A DNA stretch of 61,467 nucleotides, the filler included, from Choristocarpus tenellus KU-1152 (Eukaryota; Protista; Phaeophyceae), in the NCBI GenBank assembly GCA_964200185.2. It is 9 parts of 9 records of this genome, joined end to end, with 100 filler letters (N's around TTAATTAATTAA, not from the genome) between each part and the next. Parts side by side here need not be neighbours in the genome. Positions count along the whole stretch, not along the records: positions 21,100 to 38,265 come from CAXNAD020000712.1; 8 more parts are not named here. One strand, written 5' to 3'. Position numbers and translations under genes: made by a program. Below, one piece after another: positions 24,290 to 37,533 of the stretch. A model generated the notes under the pieces. That model saw only the letters and a program-made list of their open reading frames with translations. It did not search any database and was not told the origin of the DNA. Position 1 is the first letter of the stretch. Each line of letters opens with the position of its first letter.

Positions 24290-27200
24290 CCTCAGAGTCG
24301 TTGGCACTGGAATCATTCATCAACACCTGTCTGTGTCTTTTAAAACCAGGTTTGGGCAAGTGCTTAGACTGTCAGCAAACTGTTTTTCACTTGCAATATG
24401 TTGGATATCAATATTATCCTGCTTCTGAACCAAGCCTGCCATGTATGCAAGTATTATGCAAATGTGTTTCGTTCTGGCACTGTAACACCCATGATTAGCG
24501 AACAGTATGGCACTCTTGTTATCTACCACAACCGTTACTGGGTTATTCATTGAGCCTTCAATTTCATGTAAGAAAGTCCTCCAGTAAACTGATTCTTACA
24601 CTGCAGCACTAGTGCAATCACTTCTGCTTCGGTAGATGAAGTGGCTATAATATATTCTGTTTCTTCTACTTCCAGACAAGAGCGGCATTTCCAAGTAAAA
24701 ACATGTAACCACCTGTAGATCTTTAGTTAGTGTTACTTGCGTAAGCTGCATCAGAAAATCCGGTCTGGCCCAAAGTATCTGATGGGGGGGTGGCGGCTGT
24801 CCATTTCGGGTCAATTTTTTCATATCGCGATTTTCGGGTGATTTGCTTCCATACATAGGATGGATAATGAAAGTGCACTTTTCCTGATTTTGGCCCAAAT
24901 GTACACCTTGGTGTAGACCCCCCCCCCTCCCCCAGATACTTTGGGTCATCTATTGTATGTTAGGGACAAGTCAGTCGTTCCTTTAAGATATCTCAAGGTT
25001 CTTTTTGCAGCAGCAACGTCATGATTTATAGGTTCACTCAATGGACTGAGATGTTTGTAAAACTGTAAGTCCCAAATCCCCTCTAGTGCAAGTTTGTAGA
25101 TACTGTAATGATCCTGTAATCTATTGGTAACGTTTTATTCCACCATTTTCTAGCTTAAAACTATATTGAGTATTTTTGTCTATTGGTTTATTGTCTCCGG
25201 GTGTTTTCGTACTATTACACTCAGTCATGCCATACCTTGATAATATTGTGTTGGCATTATTTTCATGAGATAAACCTTGTTTTACCTGTAACATCATCAT
25301 GCATCACTTGTATACCCAATATCAACTTGAATCTACCAAGATCGTTCATTACACACTTATCCTTGAGATATTTCTTGACTTGATCTACCTGTGAGATAGA
25401 ACTCCCATCAATTAATCGTCATCAACATACAATGATAATAACACTATATCATTTTCCTTTCTGTAAAGGTATATACTTGGATCGCTCACTAGTGTTCTGA
25501 AACCATATTCAACAAGTGCGTCTGTGAATGCTATGTTCCAATTTCTGGGAGACTGCTTTCAACCATAACGACTTTTCTTTAGCTTGCAAACAGGGATCTT
25601 AGTAGACAGATCTCTTCAATGAACCCTGGGGCTTGGCTTACATATATCTCCTCTCCTTGCAGCAGGGGGGCTTGCAAGAACTCACTGTTCAAATCCAAAT
25701 GTGAGACTTCCCAGTTTCTGTTGTTTGCGATAATGAGCAGTAATCTGATGCTCTCAATTCTACAGATCGGACTGTATGTCACCGAGTAATCAGTTCCAGG
25801 CCCTTGACTATACCCTGGAGTTACCCATCTAGCCTTGTAACTTCAATCAGGTTTCTTTCTAAAATCCATACAGAGGAAATTATTTTTTTATTTGGGGGTG
25901 CCTGAACTAGATAAAAAACTTCGTGTTGTTTCGCATTACCATTCTTTCTTCATTGCTTCCAACCATTCTTCTCTGTGGGGAGAGGGTGACATGTCATTAT
26001 AAGTGGAAGGGCAATCAGAGATACCAGAATTTATCTTTCCATTATCTAAGTCAGTATATTGATCATTAGATAGAAACGATTGGTCTGTAGAATCAATGTC
26101 AGTAGAGTGACACCTTTCCTCTTTGGTCCAGGGAGTGGCCCACCTGATTTCACCATATCTATGGTTGGACTATTCTCAATAACAGTCAATGCTGAACCCA
26201 GTCCAGGTTTATTATAGTCTATCAACCTTGTAAGCATCCTAGGTTTGACAGCACTATTTCCAGCATTTGCACAAACATTTATATCGTTGTCAACAAATGA
26301 GTCATTTTCATCATCTCCACCAGAAGAGAGTTCATTTTGAGAGTTTTGAGGACTGGTTGCACTTTCTCTTCTCATATTATTACCCTCAGTATCTGTTGGT
26401 TCTCTAAACAACAAGTCAACTGAAAAATTGGATGACCATCCTTCTCGTCTTCTCCATGCCCCAACACGAAGTTTATACGACTTACGTCTATCTGAGGTAA
26501 TGTCGCTTTTTGTTGAAGGTCACTGAATTTCACACTTCTGGATGATAACACGGTGCCAGTCTTTGGCCTCCATATTCGGTAGGAGATAGACCCATCATAT
26601 CCACCTAACCTTTCTGTCAATGTCAGGGATTCTAGTTTGGATGTGTAAACTTCAGTGTGAACAAACGCTCCTGCATCAAACTGACGCAGGTTATGGAGGT
26701 TTGCAGCTACGCCATTCTAAACATAATACGGTGTCCAACCATTCAGAAAAGTGGAGGGGGATCTATTCTTCAGATATACAGTTATTTTCAAAGCTTCTAA
26801 CCACAATTTCTTTGACAGCGTCTTATCTGCCAAAAAAACACCTTACTACATCGAATAAAACACGCCGCTCTCTTTCCACAACTCCATACTGGTGGAGAGA
26901 ATACGGCGAGGTGCATTCCTACTTGATTTCATGGCTTAAGTAGACTTTTCGGAACGTAGATCCGATGAATTCTCCTCCATTATCACTGCACAGTCTTTCA
27001 ATCTTCAATCTGAATGGGTTTGCAATATCAGTGATAAAGTGCTTTAACGCGTTGGCTACTTCATTCTTTCTCGTTAGAAAGTAAATTGTCTTTAGTCTTA
27101 ATAAATGGTGGGTAAATTTGCAGACATAAGACTTGTCGATACGAACATGGTGTAATTGGACCAGCAAGATCAACGCAAACATGTTCTAGTCTTCTGGAAA

Positions 27201-28110
27201 TTTTGTCTGCAGTAATTGATTTATTTCTTGCTGATCTCTTACTCTTATTCATTTTGCAGATCTTACAGTCAATGGAGGAGGAGATTTCTAAATTAAAAGA
27301 AACACCAGATTCTCTATTTTTCAGTAATAAGTTCGTATCTGGAAGGTTAAGGTGACCAAGTCTCATATGCCATAACATGATTAAATCGCCGTATGGGTCA
27401 GCAGCAGATTCCAGCTCCATTGCTGCAAGCCCTCTCTCCTCCTCAGCTACCTTGTGTAGGTTTAACTTGATTGAACTTACACCATGTTTAGTACTTGACA
27501 TAATGATCTTCCTCACATCAGGGTGATACATATACGGGGTTTTGGAGAAAACAGTCTCCCATCCCAGACTTGCTGAAACAAGAGGGGAGAAAAGATTCTG
27601 GCCTAGGCCAGGTATCAAGAACACTCTCAACTTTAAAGCAAACCCCAATCCTTGATCAGAACCAACTTGACCATTCATAGTAGCAGTCTTTCTACAAACC
27701 AACTTGAAATTCCCAGCAGTCGTGACTTGCAAGGGTCTTTCAAGAACTTCAACATCTTAAAAAAATAAATGTGAATTTTCGAAAGTGCTAGGATCCACCA
27801 TGTGCTTAGTGCTACCACTATATATCAACAGATCAATCAATCCATCAATTGACACCAAACTCTGTAATGAATGCACTATCTGTACAAATTACTGCCATGG
27901 CTTAAATTTCTTTCACTTCATCATCTTGCTTTTTTTGTGATCGTCATTCAGTATCTGAATGTGATGCAGAGTTACGAAAACTACACCATTTCTTTTGGCG
28001 ATTGCTTTTACTTCTACAATATTTGGCAAGGTGTCCAGGTTTATTACATGCAAAACACTTCAAAATTTCTTGCCACCAAATTTGTTCTTACTCTTGAAAT
28101 ATTTTGAAAT
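24290..28110 (-). mobile_element. Degenerate Ty1/copia LTR retrotransposon internal region (gag-PR-IN-RT-RH)
   Basis: Minus-strand motifs in copia order: CFACNKPGHLAKYC zinc knuckle (~28015-28058); LIYSGSTKHM protease (~27810); LWHMRLGHLN and CKIC (GAG-pre-integrase); VDLAGP and RLCSDNGGEF (integrase); GYDG...YRIW...SRSVKF; YKARWV...TYSPICRIESIRLLL...HLD...FLQAPL..EEIYVSQAPGF...LKQSPRNW, YVDD (RT); GFSDAAYA and RTKHI (RNase H). Many frameshifts. Confidence 0.93.
24767..24947 (+). mobile_element. MITE family B copy inserted at the copia RT/RNase H junction
   Basis: TIRs GGCCCAAAGTATCTG(G)n ... (C)nCAGATACTTTGGGTC. Flanks GTCT/ATCT are a near-TSD, and copia coding sequence resumes on both sides. 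Confidence 0.88.
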
Positions 28111-28118
28111 ACTAGATC

Positions 28119-28423
28119 TGTGAGAGCCATCTTTCCAAGAAGGTATACCCTAGAGGTAACCTATCTTGAAGAATCTGATATTCACATGACATTTGTTCTT
28201 GGATGTTGAAGGTAACATCTGCTTGAAGTAAGAGCGGGTGGTTTAAGGGGACCTTACAAACCCCCCTCCTTTCAGTTGCCACTTGCTCACTCCTTCCGAA
28301 GTGATCTTCTGAGGGATTGCTCTCCTTCTTGACTTGTCTCTCTCCTTTTCCTTGCCTCCTCTGGGTCTTCCCACTCAACCTTCATTACGAAGAACCTGTC
28401 GGCTTGTTTCCATCTGTTTCGCA
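28119..28423 (+). repeat. Putative 5' LTR of a Ty3/gypsy element, followed by a PBS-like motif
   Basis: Starts TG (28119) right where copia gag stops and ends CA (28423). TGGTGACGACGG follows at 28425, then gag-like ORFs. No second LTR is visible. Confidence 0.45.
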
Positions 28424-28608
28424 GTGGTGACGACGGCAATCGTTCTGAAGTGGGAGTGTACTTTTACAGGACTTTTAGGGAAAATTTGAGTATATTGCCC
28501 GTACTTTGAGCACCACATATGCCGCCACATCATTCGGATTGGCAAATAGTTCGACCAAGAAGAGGATAGAACACCTTCCAAACTACCACCAATCGTTTTC
28601 AGAGCTTC

Positions 28609-30297
28609 ATGGCGGAGGAATACAAAGAGAATGAACCAGACGAACATCTATTGCCACCTTTCCATGAAGATCCTTCATCATTTGATGAGGTTATCTTGGC
28701 AGATGGAAGGAAACTTCTTGTTCACAAATCATCTGGAATTTTTGTGGACACAAATTTCCGAGTGGTTAACCAGTGTATGATTCAACAGTTGATGTCAAAA
28801 TCTCTTACCGCTAATTCCTCCTGTTACCCAGACTGCACACCTACCCTCCACAAGGTCTCTAGCAACACCACCAGCACCATCGTCCACGCCACCGGTGACG
28901 TTGTCAACAAGGGACTTGTACGTAAACTTGATCAATGCCGAGCTAGGGACAGCAGTCGAGGAAAAACGATCTGCGAATATGGACCTTATTCGGAACTGGA
29001 CAGAAACAAGGGACATGGCGAATGTAAGGCAATCCTCACCGATTACCCCCACTACTGCTTTCCCGAAAATGCCGTTAGCGAACTTCCCTAAAGATATGCG
29101 TCTTCCCTCTACTACAACTGATGTACCGACTCTTCAGACAGGTTTCCGTCTACATGTCACACTTCAACTTCACGATTCACAACTTGATCCATCGACCACT
29201 GATCGGGCTTGTATAGCCTATTTGCCACTGATTTTGGATTCAAATGCCGGTGTGCTATATTTTCAGAACATGGAAGGCAAAGTTGTGTGGCGTTCTCATG
29301 CTCAATTGCGTGCTATTCAAATGCAGAATAATTCCACCGATCCTATTCCCATTGTTGCTCCTAAAACATGGGATTAATTATGTATTCTAGCCGCCGTAAA
29401 TAAATCGATCAAATTGCTATTGCCCTCTTTGAAGGTGGACTACAACCCCATCTGCAGCTAAAACAGTTCAGTGAAGATTTTGCTTCTATATTTTCTGAAG
29501 CTATCAATGGTGCGAAACGTCATGACGAAAACAATCTAACGAGAAAAACGACATGCCCACGCACTTGCCCCTTTTCCCTTCGATTCCACCGACTGATCCG
29601 ACTGCTGTATCTGCCATTTCCGCCGGTCACTCTTCACAGTCTGCTTTTGCCTCGGCAAAGATTGCTGCTCTTCAAGCTACAAATGTTCTTGTGGAAAGAA
29701 AAAGTTCATTCTCCGCCAGATAAGCTAACTTTGGATCCTGCATGTCATACACCATGATTTTCTCACAAATTATTTACGTGCCCACTCTACGCTCCAGAAT
29801 TCCCATATTGAAACGATTCCACCAGGTGCAATCAACCTTTATTCTGCAGATGGCAGTACTCTAACCATCATGGGGTTTATCAGGTTTTCTCTCCAATTAC
29901 CACTATCTCAGTTGAAGCTTTAGTGTTGCCCACCTTAGGACCTGATGGTGTTCTTCTTGATAATAGTCCTTCATGCTTTTGGAGCAACATAAGACTGGCA
30001 AACCCAAATGTTCGCATTCCAAAAAAAAGTAACGCTGTCATACCTGTCATGCATCGTACTACCCTTTCTTCTGATAGTTCAGCTCCTTTTCAAATAGCAG
30101 CTATATAAGTGAAAGTTCCATGTGTCCCATTTCACCTGAGGAATAATTCCCCTAGAATCAGAAACAGTTGTACCTGCTGTAAGTAATGAAACCCCCTCTG
30201 ATACCTGTGATGCTGTTTTAGAACCACGTATCTGTCCATATCATGATATTGATTCACTAAATGCCAATGATCCTTGGCAATTTATTGATATTGCTCG
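28609..30297 (+). pseudogene. Ty3/gypsy gag-protease remnant, truncated at 30298
   Basis: Overlapping frameshifted ORFs (28609-29091, 28895-29377). These are followed by retropepsin-like INLYSADGSTLTIMGFIRFSLQL...VEALVLPTLGPDGVLLDN (~29830-29965). Confidence 0.65.
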
Positions 30298-30298
30298 A

Positions 30299-31050
30299 GG
30301 GTCAAAGTATCTGGGGGGCTCGTACCGGCGTCTATTTTTCATCCTTTTTTCGATTTTCACTTTGTGGAGTGATTTGGTCGCATGAGTCGGATTTGAAATG
30401 TCAGCAAAAAAAAGACTGTTGGTTAGGTTCCTTTCTGCCCATGCGTACACAAGAGGAATGGGAATATATGCCACCATTTATTTGGGTTTGGTTAGGAGTT
30501 TCGACGTTTGCGTGTGTCAGATTTCGAGTCTGTTCAAACTGGATTATTGGTTGATGTATGTTGGTCGTGCAGTTATGATGAAGAATATAAGAGATATGGG
30601 TTAGGTTGTTCCAAGGCTAGATATTGGTTTGTTTGGTTGCATGAGTGGGATTTGGTTAGCACATAAAGAGGGCTGTCGGTCAGGGTGTATTTTCCCACCG
30701 TTAGGATGAGGAATTGAAAAAAAGACTATGGGCTGTTGCGATGTTGTTATTTTCGTTTATTTGCTTGCATGAGTCGTGTCTGGTATGTACACAAAGAGGA
30801 CTGTCAGTTAGGGCCTGTTCTCCCGCTGTGTGCACGAGGAACCAAAACATATATCATGTGCTGTTTTAAGTGTAGTACTTCGTTTATTTGCGTGCATGTG
30901 TCGGATTTAGTATGTAAACAGACTTGGTTGTCACTAAGGGTGTTAGGATTGAAGTTGTTGGTATGAAGGAAGGGAACTGGTCAGGTTTTGTTTTCGGGTT
31001 AGTGTACTGTATCTTTCATGTAATGTGTGGACGGATTCTGGAGGTGTATA
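30299..31050 (+). mobile_element. Left end of a family C TIR element (GGGTCAAAGTATCTGGGGGG) with a degenerate ~128-bp subterminal tandem array
   Basis: The terminus is shared with 38194 and 46448. CATG(A/T)GTCGGATTT-like unit starts occur at ~30381, 30511, 30640, 30768 and 30895. Confidence 0.6.
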
Positions 31051-31676
31051 TGAATGGTTATTGGTCAACGTCTATTGTCGTACGTTTCTCTGAACGTATT
31101 TCAAGATAAACTTCCAGAGGTCCTGGGTTGGTGCTGTGCTTAGGAGCATCGTGCGTGGACTTCGGTATATGTGCCTCCAAGATTCGAAGGAGGACGATGT
31201 CGGTTCTAGTTTGTCGACACTTGGACAAAGCATGATATGGTGCATAGAGTATTGAGAAGAAGGGGGAGGTGCGTTATAGTGTTAAAGGCATAAATAGCGG
31301 CTTTGAGAAGGAAAGGTTATTCGTCGCAGGCCCTGGCAAATTGTTTGGAAATGTTAGCTGAGAAGATGGAGAAGAGTTGTTTAAATGATGTATTATATTT
31401 TAGTTGTCTAAACCTTGTAGCAGACACGCTCTTTTTTAATCAAATAATAACACAGGTCTAATCCTCAACGTGAACATATGATATATGATACGCTGATGAC
31501 TCTGACTGGTAGCAATGTATCCGATACCACTGTCTAAATGCATAACTCATCGAATGGAAAGTGTATGAACATGGTAAGTCAGACACCAAGGCAAGGTACA
31601 CTGATGCATCAATCAGTGTATCTGTAACTCTATCCGTACTTCAACAAAAAAAAGAAACGACTGAAGCCCTATCACT

Positions 31677-31934
31677 GAGTGAAATTATCTTAGAGGGTAG
31701 AGCCGCATCCATTTGGGGGACAAAGCCAATGTTGCAATCTTAATGTAATTTTGGCTATCATTTTTGTTGGGGGACGTCAATATCCTTGTTCCGTACATAC
31801 CTTTTCATAATGTATGCATTTTACCTACTCTGAAACATTTTGGGGTAGGTAAAATGTCATTAAAAACCCGTCGGAAGCCAAGCCCCAAATCGACAAACAG
31901 AGAAAAACTCGTACCTTCTAAGATATTTTCACTC
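31677..31934 (+). mobile_element. MITE family A copy (TSD not preserved)
   Basis: GAGTGAAATTATCTTAGAGGGTA...TACCTTCTAAGATATTTTCACTC with consensus interior. Confidence 0.9.
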
Positions 31935-32596
31935 CCTTTTGGTGGGCGGACTCGAAATTGCGTTCGTCACCCTTCTCCCACCAATCTGCAAGCTTAGGGT
32001 ATGCCTCGACAAGAAGGTGCCATAGATTTAGGCGTGTGGAGTACCTGGTGTTCCCAGGTTCGGGCTTCACGAGGCTCAAGAAGATAGCCTTCCTCGCCTG
32101 GAGTGTTTCCACACGCTCAGGACGCAACGTGTTGCCTGACTTCCCTCCACGATCGCCGAGTTTAGCCTGTGTGGGCTTGTGGACGTAGCATTTATCCCCG
32201 AAAACAAGAGAAACGGTCCCCCTTTACCGGCCTTGATGATCTTGAACCCATGGTCGTATATGACTTGGTTGAGGACTTGATTCTGCACTCGATACTGTGA
32301 AGAAGCAGGTTTCGTTGCCGATAGTAGGAGCTCGGTGACGCACGCCTCCATGAAGGCTTCGGTGATCCCCACAGCGGATGCATTGCCGGAGTCGGCCGCA
32401 TCCTGTGTGACACAATCGTCATCTCCATGCGATGACCTTTCGTCGTCATCGTCGTACCTCAAGGTAGATGAACATGGATTTACCACGTATCTGCCCTTTT
32501 TGGCAGAAGCAAAAAGACGTCTGTGAAGAAGCCAGGTTCTAAAGTGCTGACATCAGGACCATGAGGCTGTTTGAAGGGTCTCATCCGTCAAGCACG

Positions 32597-33250
32597 TTCT
32601 CTCACCCTCTTCTTCCTAATTATCGCCCTATTCCCCTTTCTTTTACCCTTCTCGGAAGGCTTGTCCCTCTGGGTTGGGGTAGGATCGGCATGGACGCGGT
32701 TCTCAGTTCGCCTCACAGTATAGTGGTCATAGGTGTTCCCTGGCACTTGTGACTTGTCGCCGCCGCTGCCCACTGAATGGGCGTTTTTGGGGACATTCCA
32801 GGGTCACTCCCGACAGGCGTGGACTCTGAGTCTGTGCCTGAACGCCCACCCATGTCTTCCTGTACAAGTTCCTCTGGACCTGACAAAGCGTCTCAATCGG
32901 GTCGGTCCCCATCGCCTTCAGAGTCTTCTCTCAAACTGCTCTTTCGAATTATCGTCCTTTTCCTCTTTCCGTTACCTTTCACGGAAGGCTTGTCCCTCGG
33001 TGTTGTGGTTGGATGAGCATGGGCGTGGTTCTCACTTCGTCCCACAGTATCTTGGCAGGTGTTCCTTTGCACCTTGGACTCGTCGCCGCCACTGCTCACC
33101 AAATGGGCGTCTGGGGACATACATGGGTCACTCCTCTGACAGGCGTGGACTCTGAGTCCCTCTCTAGCCGCCCCCTCACGTCCTCCTGTGCAAGTTCCTC
33201 TGGACCTGACAAAGCGTTACAAACGGTTGGTCCTCATTGCCTTCAGAGTC
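32597..33250. repeat. Diverged ~327-bp tandem duplication (2 copies)
   Basis: cggaaggcttgtccctc...gacaggcgtggactctgagtc...caagttcctctggacctgacaaagcgt...gccttcagagtc is present at 32597-32925 and again at 32926-33250. Confidence 0.9.
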
Positions 33251-36200
33251 GTGTTCCGAGGGTGTGATTGTATGCCTTCCCCCTTGCAGAGTCCTGCTTC
33301 CCATACCTACTGCAGGTCTAGGCGATGGGTTATCTTTTTCCTCTTCATCACCTGGTGGGTTGGGTCTTCCACAAGGTATAGGCGTGGATACGCCACCAGC
33401 TACCGGTGTCTTCACTGTGCAAAATTGCAGAAGGTGGAGAGTTCGTCCATGAGGAGTTGGATACGATCCGGATCGGGGTTGTCCCCGAGGGTGGTGCATG
33501 TGATTGTGCTGCCTCCTGATCGGGTCTGGAGAACGGCAACTTCTCTCTCGTGGGTGGCGCTCGTTTCGGACTCGAACTTGTCAAGGTCGTGCTCGGACGT
33601 GGCGTTTTTCTCTGGCGTGATCACAATCTTTGTGATTCGTGTTATCTCTGTGATGGTGGAGGAGTAGGCAAAGGACGAGGCGAAGTAGGAGGCAAAACAA
33701 CGGGAAGAGGTGTTAGCGTTAGGAGACAAGGGATGAGGTAGAGGTTTGTGAGAAGGAGTAAGCGAGGCAGGATACAGAGGAGGAGGCAGGGGCTGAGGAA
33801 AAGATGGATGGATTAGAGTACGTCGTCGTACTTGGGCGGAATATTCGGGCCCATAAATCAGGAAGACAAGTAGGGCTTGTAACATAGGTTGAAGAGGATA
33901 TATGTATAGGACTATAGCATATGAACCGCGATTTAATCTCCCTTCTTTTGCCGGGTTCTGTCGATCGGTACAACATAGCGAAAGTATGAATCAATGTCTT
34001 CGGCAAGCAACTTCGCAACATATAAAACCGGAGAACCCTGTGACAATGTTCGTTGTCAAACTGTCCAACATCGATAAGATCTGGGAGGGTCTAGGTTGTG
34101 TGTTTGGTGTAGGGAACGATGTTTGGATGTTAACGTATGGCGATGTTGTACAATAATGTAATTGCTTGCCCGTGTGTTCGTCACTGGTGTTCAGGGTAAC
34201 GCCCTCAGAGTATTTGACGATGTCGAGGTATTTTGTACCCTCCTCCACATCCTCCCTCAACACGAGGTCCCTTTTCACCTGTAGATTTTATGGGGTTACA
34301 TTAATATGCGCGATCAGAGCGCTTATTGTGAGGTGGGTTGATACGAACTCAAATATGGTAGGCAGATGAGATGATGAACTCGCTCAAGATGTATTTTTTC
34401 TTTGGAGAACCCTCTTCTGAAGACCCTGTTAAGGAGTCATCGGCGTAGGGGTCTATCCCGAGCTCGTCTTTCCTTTTGAGGTCGTTCATTGCTTGTATGG
34501 CGACCTCCAGGACAGCCCTCTTGATGAGGACATTCTTCGTGTGCATACGTCTTATGTATGCCAATCGGACTTTTCAGGGTTGAGATGCCCACTCCTCCTC
34601 TGTTTGGGCGGCAGACACAGGGTCTAGATCGCCGACCCCTGGTCTGTTTTTCTTCCCCTTTCCTCTTGTCTTTCTTCTTTCCTTTGTCCTGGTCGGCCGA
34701 GGGTCGTTTGGTTCAGACGCCCCATAGAGTGTGGGACAACTGTCATGGAGAAGCACATGGGTAGTGGAACGGTAAGTCACATGCATGACATGAGTGTCTG
34801 CCTCGCAAGGCACGAACTAGACGGTAAACATTGCGGCTGTTGCAGGGTCAGCAGGGGGGTATATGCATATACATCCATACATTACTTGAATCGTAACGGT
34901 CAAAGATTGACTTACCCATACCTCTGGAAATGCCTCCGTTCCAACAGCATACTTCAACGAGAGCGCGTCGGTCGGCAATTTTTTGACTGCCTGCTCTGAG
35001 AAGACGTGCGCACCTCAACAAAGTCGCGCCAGCGATGGCCTTGGGGGGTCTCCCCTGTGAGGATGGCTAGTCAGGCTCCAGCGAGGACATCAGTGCACAT
35101 TCTTGCGAAATACTGCTCCTTGACCTCGTCTATGAGCTACATGTACATCAAATGTGCGATGGTGTTTCGTTCGGAGACTGGTAAAGAACAAGCTTTGAGG
35201 ATGTGGAGGATTTAGGGTTGACAGTGAATCGATCAGAGAAGGGTGACCAAGGGATGCGCGTAGCGCAGCAGAACCCTACGGACTTAGGGTTCTTTGGAAA
35301 TTGATGACCTTTACCGTTCGACCGAACACATCAAATTCCTTCATTACTGTCTGCCCCATGTCAAGTGTGGCATCGTGTGGGGACAACATAGTTGGGAATG
35401 TTTAATCCACCTTCAACCTGTAGGTGTGTGTGAACCCCCTGCTATTCTTGAGGAATTCGATGGCAGCGTCCGGGTTAGCATACCACAGCACAGTGAACAT
35501 GTGAACTACTCTCAAGTCGAATTTTTCCTAGTCAGGTGCATGTTGGGTGTGTGGAGAATAAGGTGACATGATCAGGACAGAAGAACGTGGGAGCGGGAGT
35601 GGATCTGTTGGTCAATGGCGTATGTCATAAGGTCGATAGCGATACACATGTATAAAACGTCAATTCAAACTCTGTGTGCGAAGGCAGGGGTTACTACATG
35701 TGCTGTTCGACCGTTAGTGATGGGGTATTGGATTTACAAATGTGGGGATGGCTGCACCACGCTTACACTTGACCCGTTGCGCTTCTTGTGCTCTCTCCAC
35801 ACACCGAGAAGGATCTCCTCCGGTTCTTTGTCTCTGGTGGAACATAATGAGGGGAAGAAAGGAATTGGGTTGTTGGATCACCGACGCGGAATTAATATGG
35901 ACATGGGCGACGAAAAGTAGGCGACGCTTCACAATCGTTTCACGAATCGTTTCCTGTGGAAGGAGTCGTGAGAACCTCACCTTCTCTCGCGCATACACAA
36001 GGGTGACAATTGCGTTGAAGAACTGGACGGAGATTTGGTCGGTGAGTCTACTCATCCCGGCTTCCATGTGTGTGTCCTCCCAAGCTTCTTTGAGGAATGC
36101 CTTTATCTTGGCAGCTACCCTCCTCTTAATAGCCGTCTGTAACGCAGCCTCGGCACTCCGGAAGTCTATGTCTCTCAGACAGTACTGGTTGCACCTGGTG

Positions 36201-36554
36201 ACCAATCTCGTCATGCACGTGCGACAATCGGAGTCCTCTTCTGTTTCCTGGACGTAGGGGTGGGACCTGTCGCAACTGAAGTTACGCCTATACTACAGGA
36301 TAGCGGCAACCCAAGACACCATCCAATGGAATACGTCAAGCATGTTGGGCACATGGGACCTATTGACCGCCTCACTCTCTCCTATCAAAATGGATTCAGC
36401 CTTTTCGCGGCTGCAGTGTGGATAGATCTTCCACATGAAGCTCCTGTGATGGCCGATCTGGAGGTTCGCTCCGACGTCCAAGGCCCATCGCATTGTGACG
36501 TGGGCCAGGAGGTCGATGCCACATGGGACATTGTCCTCCTTGGTAACGAATTCA

Positions 36555-36732
36555 GACTGAAAGGTTTTGGGAGGGGGAGGCGGCTGTCCATTTAGGGCCC
36601 ATTTTTTCCATGTCGCGATTTTAGGGTGATTTGGTTGCATACGTCGGATGGATAATGTAAATGCACTTTTCCTGGTTATGGCCCAAATGGACCCCCTGGT
36701 GCAGACCCCCTCCCCCCCAGATACTTTCGGTC
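36555..36732 (+). mobile_element. MITE family B copy
   Basis: GGCGGCTGTCCATTT...GGATAATGTAAATGCACTTTTCCTG...GGCCCAAATGGAC...CCCCCAGATACTTTCGGTC. It interrupts the large minus-strand ORF. Confidence 0.85.
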
Positions 36733-37533
36733 TCGATTGTCCTCAGGACCATTTTGCAGTGTTGTCTGTTCAGGAAAAATAAGAGGTTGTCGTCGTCATC
36801 TTTATCCCTATCGTTGCCATTCTCGTTTACGTCCAAGTTGCCATTGGCGATGTAGTTTGCTAGTAGTTCGCCATCGCACACACTAGAGGGCACGTTTGCC
36901 CTGCACATGTCGGCTATGAAGTCGCATGTGGTTTGATATCTCGAGCACAGCGAAAAAGGTTGCCCAATCAGGATCCCCGCGATCCTATCGGCGGCAACCT
37001 GTGGGTCCGGCCCCAGCTTTGAGAACATCGACTCCACTCCACCGTTGTCAAGAAGGTTGGGATTGTACTTCTGTGACAAGAAGTCAGATGTGGCCAGGTC
37101 CATCATACGTGTTGCGCTGAGGTTCGACATGATCAAGTCTGTCGTCTTTTGGTCTTCATGATTCCTTGGGCCTCCAGCTGACTGTCTGTGAAGGTAGGGG
37201 GGAAAATGTGACGGCAACGGTATCAGCAAACAAGAAGGATATTGATGTAGGGGAGGATGCTATTGTTATGCGATCACAGCAAGGGTGTTTTTGTACTAAC
37301 AGTGATAGACTATATGATTAATTATGACGGGATCTGTACGGAGTGCAAGGTTCGTGTCCATGCGTGGGCTATGCAAACGTGATATGAAAAGGGCGTAGCG
37401 ATGCAATGGACATGAGGACGGCGTAGCGCTTTCCTCGAAAAGGCTGCTATTTGCTAACATATATCGAACGGCAAACCCGGTCGACATGGGACGAATATTG
37501 AATATGAGAACGCACCAATACCGTACGCAGACA

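Larger units (their letters stand above)
31990..37134 (-). pseudogene. Large degenerate, apparently intronless coding region of unknown family (possible PHD-like finger and C-terminal OTU-like segment)
   Basis: A chain of protein-like minus-strand ORF pieces (36733-37134, 36293-36550, 35714-36214, 34349-34564, 33991-34278, 33412-33885, 32076-32486). The region is relatively GC/CpG-rich. Motifs include GFICCEVACRRH*F and YDHGFKIIKAGKGGPFLLFS. Confidence 0.4.
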
